A DNA stretch of 7,406 nt, taken from Candidatus Wukongarchaeum yapensis (GTDB lineage Archaea > Asgardarchaeota > Wukongarchaeia > Wukongarchaeales > Wukongarchaeaceae). Where the stretch lies: NCBI GenBank assembly GCA_016840425.1, contig JAEOSI010000112.1, positions 1-7,406 of the forward strand, read 5' to 3'. Below the pieces are notes generated by a model, which was not told where the DNA came from, ran no database searches, and was given only the letters and a program-made list of their open reading frames with translations. Positions 1 through 5,395 of this stretch are shown here, piece after piece (the first letter of the stretch is position 1; each line of letters starts with the position of its first letter). The translations under genes were made by a program, and so were the position numbers.

Positions 1-86
1 TTCTTAAATCAAGAGAATGGAAAGCACATTGAATAAGTTGGCGAATCCACAAAAAGAATGAACTAAGCAAGGTTTTACTCGATTAT

Positions 87-133
87 TTTTTGCGTGAAAT
101 TGCCTTCACGACATTTTTCTTTTCTAAATTGAA
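87..133 (+). repeat. Dispersed hairpin + T-tract element, copy 1
   Basis: CGTGAA-attgcc-TTCACG (93-110) followed by acatttttcttttctaaattgaa. Near-identical to 2790-2839, differing by two single-T indels and a few substitutions. Confidence 0.8.
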
Positions 134-160
134 AAAATGAGAAAAACTGAGAAAAACTGG
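131..160 (+). repeat. Short 10-bp tandem repeat, about 3 units
   Basis: gaaaaaatga / gaaaaactga / gaaaaactgg. tgagaaaaac is exact at 138-147 and 148-157. Confidence 0.6.
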
Positions 161-164
161 AAGA

Positions 165-517
165 ATGAGAGACTCCATAACCCCCATAAACCAAAATCTT
201 AGCACAAATATGATCAATATACTAAGGAAACATTTGCATGAAGCAAAGCGAAACAGTAAGGATTCCACTATTTTTAAAAAAAGCGCTAGTCGAAGCTTTT
301 AATGTTTTTAGGATTTTCTGCCAACCATATTGGAGGAAGGGACGAACCAGCCATTCTTACTGATAATAATTTCAACATAATTCTTGACTCAAAAACCACA
401 AAAGAGGGAGTGATAACTGAAGGATACATCAATTTTGATTCGCTAGGAAAATATAAAAATATGGGATTTTTAAAAACTTACATTTTTTCAAAATTTAGGG
501 ATCATCGGCGGTTCTAA
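165..517 (+). pseudogene. Frameshifted, truncated PD-(D/E)xK restriction-endonuclease-like (Mrr-type fold) domain
   Basis: Removing one A from the A7 run (276-282) and the G at 304 joins three frames into ...KDSTIFKKALVEAFNFLGFSANHIGGRDEPAILTDNNFNIILDSKTTKEGVITEGYINFDSLGKYK. This matches the family pattern FE.A..EAF.FLGF...IGG..EPD.....IILDxK. The expected PD aspartate reads as Ala (gcc). Resemblance ends near 460. Confidence 0.6.
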
Positions 518-890
518 GAATTCCCCCTAATATTTGGCACAAAAATGGTGTAAGGAAAAAGAAAGAAGAACCACCAAAAATAAATTACACATCATGATTT
601 TTAAACTTTTTTTCAGTCTAAAATTTTCTATCAAAACTCCTCCACTTCTTCTCCACTTCTGCTTCTTTAACAGAATTCCGTCTAGAGATCAATTCAAAAT
701 TACGCAAAAGACCAGGTCGAAAAAGAGGGGGAATAACTAAATTATAACTAAAAAATGATAAAAAGGTATAATTCCCGTTAAAAACTTAACAATTTCACAA
801 CTTTTACTTAATAATTTCTTTTTCTTTTTACTAGAAAAAGAAGACAACTTTTATTATGTTGAGTTAATAATAATTGGCTATCTTTTATAT

Positions 891-1808
891 CTAGGGCGTG
901 TACCACTTCTCTTTGAGCTCGGATCCACAGTTTGGGCATTTTCCTTCCTTCTGTATCCACGCTAGCAGATGGCTCTTGTGGAACTCTGCCTCACAGTTGA
1001 TGCATGTTTCCATCTCATCTTCCGTGGAGATGGGTAGTTTACACACTCTGCAACGAACGATCTCAAACCCGCAAGAAGAACACTTTTCATCCGTAGTCTT
1101 TATAGGCGTTCCGCAATTAAAACAAGAGTAATTAGTAGAAACAGTCTTCGGAGCCTTAACCGATGTTGGTTGATTCTCCGCAGCGTCTTTTAAGGTGACT
1201 TTTAAGGCGCCCAAAAGCGCATCAATTTCCCAGCCAGAAACCCTCCCCTTTGTGCATAGATCGACGATGGTGTCCTCAAGGGTCTCTTTATCACAACCAA
1301 CCTTCTTTGCAAGCAAGTCAAGCTTGATCTTTCCGCCGTAAACGGGAGCTAAAGAGGAAACGATCTCGATAAGGGATAGCTTCTTTTCATTTTCTTTTTT
1401 ACTTTCAAGGGATTTTTTGGCGCGTATAATATCTGCGTTTTTTGGATCGATTCGTAGGGCTTTATCGTAATACTCTAAAGCTTCTTCAACCTTGCCCATT
1501 TTCGCTAGAACAAAACCCTTGCTACTCAATGCCTCAGCGTTTTTAGAATCCATTTTTAGAGCTCGATCTACGGACTTTAAAGCTTCTTCAAGACTACCCG
1601 ATTTCGCCAGAGTAAGGCCCTTTTTGCTCCATAAATGGGCGCTTATCGGCTCGATTTGTAGAGCTTTATTGTAGCACACTAAAGCTTCCTTAAACCTACC
1701 TAAATCCCCTAAAACCTCCCCCTTTTTGCTCCATGCATAAGCATAGTTCGGACTCATTCGGGTTCTATTCTCCCAGTATTTGAGCTCCTTTTCTAGATCT
1801 TCGTCCAT
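891..1808 (-). CDS. TPR + PCI-like winged helix + double zinc ribbon + RING-variant protein (putative E3 ubiquitin ligase), 305 aa
   Basis: Three 34-aa TPRs (aa 23-56, 57-90, 91-124). PCI-like helix-WH YGGKIKLDLLAKKVGCDKETLEDTIVDLCTKGRVSGWEID (aa 157-196). CFNC..CSSC zinc ribbon (aa 229-246). RING-type ligands C253, C256, C269, C272, H277, H280, C291, C294 with W284. SD-like GGGAGA at 1819-1814 upstream of the ATG. Confidence 0.85.
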   Translation of the reverse strand: MDEDLEKELKYWENRTRMSPNYAYAWSKKGEVLGDLGRFKEALVCYNKALQIEPISAHLWSKKGLTLAKSGSLEEALKSVDRALKMDSKNAEALSSKGFVLAKMGKVEEALEYYDKALRIDPKNADIIRAKKSLESKKENEKKLSLIEIVSSLAPVYGGKIKLDLLAKKVGCDKETLEDTIVDLCTKGRVSGWEIDALLGALKVTLKDAAENQPTSVKAPKTVSTNYSCFNCGTPIKTTDEKCSSCGFEIVRCRVCKLPISTEDEMETCINCEAEFHKSHLLAWIQKEGKCPNCGSELKEKWYTP

Positions 1809-2030
1809 AATTATCTCCCTTTGCTGATCTCACGGATTTTATCATTTAACATTTTTATTTCGATGATTTTCTTTTAATTTTTTCTGCCTATTTTTGCCCT
1901 GTCTTTTTCGTAGTTGTCTAAGGCTAGTAGAGTGGGTTTTGGAAGAATAAAAAGGTAGGGGATGCACTTGTTTTTTAGGTATTATTCTTTAGACTTTATT
2001 TTTTTGTTGTATCTCAAATTTCAATAAAAC

Positions 2031-2046
2031 AAAAATGTTTTTTATA
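2031..2046 (+). promoter_or_regulatory. Possible archaeal BRE/TATA element for the 2133 gene
   Basis: A-rich run followed by ttttttata about 90 nt upstream of the ATG. The region is AT-rich, so specificity is weak. Confidence 0.25.
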
Positions 2047-2132
2047 CCGCAAATATAGATTGTTTTTAAATTTATCTAACCCTCATGATAATCAGATCTA
2101 AAAAGATATGAGAAAAATAAGGAGTATGTAAA

Positions 2133-2558
2133 ATGTCTGTAGAGCGTTACTGCCCTAAATGTGGGGTTAAACTATCGCCAGGTGAAAGTTTTTGTAGTAA
2201 TTGTGGGACAAGGGTTGAAACAACATCTTCTCCCAAGGCGGGCGAAATAACTCCTTCCGCGGAAGCAAAAATGTTTTGCTCTCAGTGTGGATCAGAAATC
2301 CCCGCTGACGCTGCTTTTTGCTTAGAATGTGGGAAAGCTGTTAAACCTTTAATGCGAGAGGTTTCTGATGATAAATGGAGCAACGGAGTGATGACTCTTT
2401 TAATAATTGGGACTATTCTTATACCGCTCATAGGGATCATTGGAGGTATATACGGTTTATCAAAAGAAGCGAAAAGAAGTCAAGGTGTACTTCTTTTAGG
2501 AATTGCAGTCGTTTTGATTTTGTTGAATCTTCTTTTTGTTGGATTTATGGAGTTATAA
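2133..2558 (+). CDS. Double zinc-ribbon (2 x CxxC-CxxC) protein with two C-terminal transmembrane helices, 141 aa
   Basis: CPKCGVKLSPGESFCSNCG and CSQCGSEIPADAAFCLECG. Hydrophobic segments VMTLLIIGTILIPLIGIIGGIYGL and GVLLLGIAVVLILLNLLFVGF. SD aaggag at 2119-2124, 8 nt before the ATG. Confidence 0.85.
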   Translation: MSVERYCPKCGVKLSPGESFCSNCGTRVETTSSPKAGEITPSAEAKMFCSQCGSEIPADAAFCLECGKAVKPLMREVSDDKWSNGVMTLLIIGTILIPLIGIIGGIYGLSKEAKRSQGVLLLGIAVVLILLNLLFVGFMEL

Positions 2559-2769
2559 TCTTACCCAGCTTCTCTATAAAACAAAGGATTAAAGCTTTAG
2601 GTATTTTTAGCCTTTTCTCCTCGATAATGGATTTGTAAAAATTTACTAAGCTTATTTTCAGTTTAATAGGGTTGTAATAGGAAACATAAACGCTAACCCC
2701 TTCCCTTTTTTTATTATTTTTCTTTATTTAATAAGGTGAAGATTAAGATTTGTGATAGTTTTTTTGATT

Positions 2770-2839
2770 AATGTCGTTTTTAGACTCCGTTTTTTCGTGA
2801 AATTTGCCTTTCACGACATTTTTCTTTTCTTAATTAGAA
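2770..2839 (+). repeat. Dispersed hairpin + T-tract element, copy 2
   Basis: TCGTGAAA-tttgcc-TTTCACGA (2795-2816) then catttttcttttcttaattagaa. Also an outer 8-bp inverted pair, aatgtcgt (2770-2777) / acgacatt (2813-2820). Confidence 0.8.
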
Positions 2840-2956
2840 TTAATCAAAGATATGATGGCTCTTTCAAGTGAAGAATATCTAAAATCTATCAAAGAAGCAA
2901 GGAGGGATTATAAAGAAGGCAGAGTGAAGTATCTTGACGAAGCCTTTGAAGTATAG
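2834..2956 (+). pseudogene. 5'-truncated antitoxin (C-terminal part) of a RelBE-type pair
   Basis: Frame reads LELIKDMMALSSEEYLKSIKEARRDYKEGRVKYLDEAFEV*, typical of the C-terminus of small antitoxins preceding RelE. An in-frame TAA at 2831-2833 lies inside the repeat element, and no N-terminal DNA-binding part is present. The stop overlaps the toxin start. Confidence 0.6.
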
Positions 2957-3196
2957 AATAGTTCTTACTCAAAGAGCTTTAAAAGACCTGAAAAATATTG
3001 ATGAAAAGATTCAGAACAAAATTATTGATAAACTTAAGGAATATGCTCAAGAACCTCTAAAATATGCCGAAAATTAATAAACCCAGAAATAAGAACTTAT
3101 AGATTCAGAATAGGAAAGTATAGAGTTATATTTGATATAAACGGTGAAAATATGGTGATTTTAAGAATCGGACACAGAAAAAGCATTTACAAGTGA
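2946..3196 (+). pseudogene. relE: RelE/StbE-family mRNA interferase toxin, frameshifted
   Basis: TTG at 2946 gives MKYRIVLTQRALKDLKNIDEKIQNKIIDKLKEYAQEPLKYAE, then a stop at 3075-3077. Restoring one A in the run at 3070-3073 continues KLINPEIRTYRFRIGKYRVIFDINGENMVILRIGHRKSIYK* (stop 3194-3196). The YRFRIGxYRVIF and IGHRxxIY motifs are RelE hallmarks. Confidence 0.85.
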
Positions 3197-3347
3197 TAAA
3201 AATCTGAGTTAAAAGTAATAATATTTATGGATTTTTGTTCAAATCTTTCGACTAAATTATACTTAACAAGGATTTAAATAAATTAAAAGTAATCCATTAA
3301 TTCACGGCATTATTGATCTCTTTGCCGTACTATTTTGCTTTTGGAAG

Positions 3348-4205
3348 TTATTCTTCTTCTTCCTCTTCTTCTTCCTCTTCTTCTGCGTATGAGTAGTTGG
3401 TTGTTTCGAAGATTTTTATGTCGTTTTCTGATTTTTCTGCTAGTTTTTTGTAGCTTTTGTATAGTTCCCAGACGGGGTTGAGTTTTTCGCCGTCTAGGAA
3501 GGTTATGTTTAGTCCGAGTTCGTTTTTTGCTTCTTCTCTCATGATTGCGTAGTGGTGTGATGCGTATTTTTCGGACAGTTTTTCTACTATTTCGTCGATT
3601 TCTGTTTCGTCTTTGTTTTTCAGCATGTATTTGGAGAGGAGAAATTTAGCGGATTCTTTTGATTCTTCTATTACTCTTTCAAATGTGCCTATCATCCATG
3701 GGTCTAGTTCTTCGAATATTTTGAAAAGTTCGCTGGGGACATATGTTTCTGTGGATGTTTTTTCTACGAATTCGAAGAAGTTTCTGATTGAAAGGGCAGG
3801 AATCCATGTTTTTTTCCGGGGATGTTTGACGAGAGGGTCTAGCGGGCTTAGTTGCGCTATCGGACTCATTTGGATTTCATCTGCACCCAAACAGATTAAC
3901 GTAGCTGCGCTTGACGCCTCATAGGGGACAATCGCGGTAAGCTCTTCACAATAAGTTCTTATAAGTTTAAGGATCTTTACCGCAGCATCAGAATCTCCCC
4001 CTGTAGAGCATAAAATCAAGTCTATTTTTTTAACATGTCCCATCTTTTCTAAAGATTCGAAAATAGGAATATCATCTTCTTCTTCTATGGAAGCATAAAG
4101 ATACATAAGAACTAAAACCCTAGAACCTCTTACTGATTCAATCTGGGCTATCTTTTCTTGCCTTTCTTGCCTTTCTTTCGGTCTATCCGCCTCTAAACTG
4201 TTCAA
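3348..4205 (-). CDS. SDH_sah / ClpP-fold (SppA-like) serine protease with poly-Glu tail; the true start may be 4293 via a frameshift
   Basis: Motifs KIDLILCSTGGDSDAA, IVPYEASSAATLICLGADEIQM, LSPLDP and SHHYAIMREEAKNELGL match the SDH-family Clp-fold pattern. The TTG start has ggag about 11 nt upstream. Confidence 0.85.
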   Translation of the reverse strand: MNSLEADRPKERQERQEKIAQIESVRGSRVLVLMYLYASIEEEDDIPIFESLEKMGHVKKIDLILCSTGGDSDAAVKILKLIRTYCEELTAIVPYEASSAATLICLGADEIQMSPIAQLSPLDPLVKHPRKKTWIPALSIRNFFEFVEKTSTETYVPSELFKIFEELDPWMIGTFERVIEESKESAKFLLSKYMLKNKDETEIDEIVEKLSEKYASHHYAIMREEAKNELGLNITFLDGEKLNPVWELYKSYKKLAEKSENDIKIFETTNYSYAEEEEEEEEEEE

Positions 4206-4448
4206 CGCCTCTATTTCTCCTTTTGAAAAATTATCAAAATAGCTTATTATCTGCTTTATTTTCCCTCAATTTATCTTCAATCTTACGGTTCATAATTCTT
4301 TTTATTTATAATTTCGTTCTTCTGGGAGCGGAAAAATCAGAAGATTTGACGAAAGATATTAAAAGCCTCGAAAAGCTATGAAAAATCTGAGAAGTAATCA
4401 AGTTTTACAATAGGTTTAACAAAAAATATCTTTTCTTTAACCTCAAGG

Positions 4449-4496
4449 TCTCACCATTATTTGATCGGTTATAGATATATCTAAAACGGGGTGAGA
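4449..4496. promoter_or_regulatory. Nested palindrome, possible operator
   Basis: Perfect 12-bp palindrome TAGATATATCTA (4472-4483) inside imperfect cggtta...aaacgg, framed by the inverted pair tctcacc (4449-4455) / ggtgaga (4490-4496). Confidence 0.35.
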
Positions 4497-4515
4497 ACAT
4501 GTGTGAGGGGCAATT

Positions 4516-4542
4516 TACCCCCATGTTTTGCATGGGGATCTC
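4516..4542. repeat. GC-rich hairpin similar to the hairpin at 5111-5137
   Basis: CCCCATG-ttttg-CATGGGG. Ungapped, 19/27 positions are identical to 5111-5137. Confidence 0.5.
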
Positions 4543-4574
4543 CCTAAAGAATGCTTAGAAAGGAGGATGTTAGT

Positions 4575-4916
4575 TTGAGTACAGTAAGTTGGTCTGGTAG
4601 GCAATTAATGAGGTTGCAGCTCGGATACAGATACCTAGCATCTATTTACTGGATAATGTTAGTAACCCTTCTAGCCAAGGTGGCGTTCGGCATAAGCGGA
4701 TTCCAAACCCTTCTCCTTGCCATTCTTTTCGGTTTTTTCATGTGGCTCACGGGATACGTTCCAGAGAAGACCATGGTTAGTTATGTTGAAGTTGGAACGA
4801 CGCCGTATGCGGTTTTCTGGATGGATTTCTACGAAGCACAGTTTGGAAAGCTGGCTGTATTATTGGAGCAGATGGTGAAGCGAGTAGAATGTTTATGCGA
4901 ACGCATTGAGAGCTAA
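4575..4916 (+). CDS. Small 2-TM membrane protein with C-terminal coiled-coil-like tail, virus-like, 113 aa
   Basis: AGGAGG at 4561-4566 lies 8 nt before an in-frame TTG at 4575, which is a better start than ATG 4551. Two hydrophobic segments, then a heptad-like LAVLLEQMVKRVECLCERIES. Confidence 0.6.
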   Translation: MSTVSWSGRQLMRLQLGYRYLASIYWIMLVTLLAKVAFGISGFQTLLLAILFGFFMWLTGYVPEKTMVSYVEVGTTPYAVFWMDFYEAQFGKLAVLLEQMVKRVECLCERIES

Positions 4917-4926
4917 ATTGAAAGGC

Positions 4927-5067
4927 ATGAGTAAGATCTTCTCTCATGAAGGAGTAGATTATCTTCTGCTCACTCTTCGCCGAGAAGAGTTCTTTCACCG
5001 ATTCGGTGTAATCGTTCTTTATTCGCCTCAAAATCGGGCGGATAAAGTTCAAAAAGATGGTTATTGA
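4927..5067 (+). CDS. Hypothetical 46-aa protein
   Basis: MSKIFSHEGVDYLLLTLRREEFFHRFGVIVLYSPQNRADKVQKDGY*. Starts 10 nt after the previous stop, with aaagg just upstream. Confidence 0.3.
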   Translation: MSKIFSHEGVDYLLLTLRREEFFHRFGVIVLYSPQNRADKVQKDGY

Positions 5068-5140
5068 AATGCTACAGGCCTTGACCCTCGATCAGGTAGA
5101 AAAGGTGAACTACTCCCAGCTTTCGCAAGGGGGCTTCTAG
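5057..5140 (+). pseudogene. Short ORF apparently truncated by the IS-end element
   Basis: MVIEMLQALTLDQVEK runs into GTGAAC at 5105 and stops inside the element. Overlaps the previous ORF by 11 nt. Confidence 0.25.
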
Positions 5141-5148
5141 CCGAAGAA
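5105..5148 (-). mobile_element. Solo IS200/IS605-family right end (PATE-like remnant), no transposase or TnpB
   Basis: Minus strand reads TAGAAG-CCCCC-ttgcgaaagct-GGGAG-TAGT-TCAC. The guide GAAG directly 5' of the hairpin and the TCAC cleavage tetramer obey the IS608-type guide/cleavage pairing rule. TTTAAC (5154-5149) precedes it. Confidence 0.55.
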
Positions 5149-5261
5149 GTTAAAAACTACGTAACAAATCATTCTTTAAAAAACTCTTTTTTAGCTTAAA
5201 CACTTTGTTAATAAAATTCTTAAAACCCCGTATAATCAAAAAATTTTCCAAACAATTAAGT

Positions 5262-5275
5262 AAAAGGTTATTAGT
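5262..5275 (+). promoter_or_regulatory. Possible BRE/TATA for the surface-protein gene
   Basis: aaaagg-ttattag about 125 nt upstream of ATG 5396. Weak specificity. Confidence 0.25.
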
Positions 5276-5330
5276 AATCAATACGTATAATATATTAGTG
5301 AATTACCTCGAGATACTGCTCTACTTCTTT

Positions 5331-5357
5331 TGGGTCATAGCCCTTTAGCTTGACCCA
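5331..5357 (+). promoter_or_regulatory. Hairpin in the probable 5' leader of the surface-protein gene
   Basis: tgggtca-t-agc-ccttta-gct-tgaccca: 7 bp + 3 bp stem with one bulge. Confidence 0.35.
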
Positions 5358-5395
5358 TGAAGCTTCTTATCTCAAAAAAGAGGAGAACAAAAGAA

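Noticed and set aside
83-268. 61-aa minus-strand ORF
   Set aside because: It is antisense to the nuclease remnant and runs through the repeat element; its hydrophobicity reflects T-rich sequence.
302-517. 71-aa ORF as a stand-alone gene
   Set aside because: It is better explained as the third frame of the nuclease pseudogene.
534-740. 68-aa ORF and the ctccacttct direct repeat (640-649, 651-660)
   Set aside because: No SD, no recognisable motif and low-complexity sequence. A single short duplication is not informative.
777-790. gttaa-aaac-ttaac palindrome, with gttaaaaact shared with 5149-5158
   Set aside because: A 10-bp AT-rich match is plausible by chance and the flanks do not extend convincingly.
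898-1674. Plus-strand ORFs 898-1131 and 1492-1674
   Set aside because: They are antisense shadows of the TPR-RING gene.
1811-1852. 13-codon minus-strand uORF (MLNDKIREISKGR*) ending 2 nt before the TPR start
   Set aside because: Too short, and there is no independent sign that it is translated.
2375-2638. 87-aa overlapping ORF
   Set aside because: Same-strand alternative frame of the zinc-ribbon membrane gene, with no protein-like features.
2545-2727. Open minus-strand frame (…YNPIKLKISLVNFYKSIIEEKRLKIPKALIL…)
   Set aside because: No start codon and no recognisable family.
2766-2845. Integron attC or CRISPR interpretation of the hairpin repeats
   Set aside because: No RYYYAAC/GTTRRRY boxes; only two copies 2.7 kb apart, with no regular repeat-spacer structure.
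3304-3328. acggca-N13-tgccgt hairpin between the convergent relE and protease genes
   Set aside because: Only a 6-bp stem; it could be a terminator but is not distinguishable from chance.
3613-3924. 103-aa plus-strand ORF
   Set aside because: Antisense shadow of the SDH protease.
4458-4486. XerA dif-like site (atatatctaaa resembles one archaeal dif arm)
   Set aside because: There is no matching second arm at 6-bp spacing.
4777-5052. 91-aa minus-strand ORF
   Set aside because: It overlaps the SD-supported plus-strand ORFs and has no recognisable motif; it does not resemble TnpA or TnpB.
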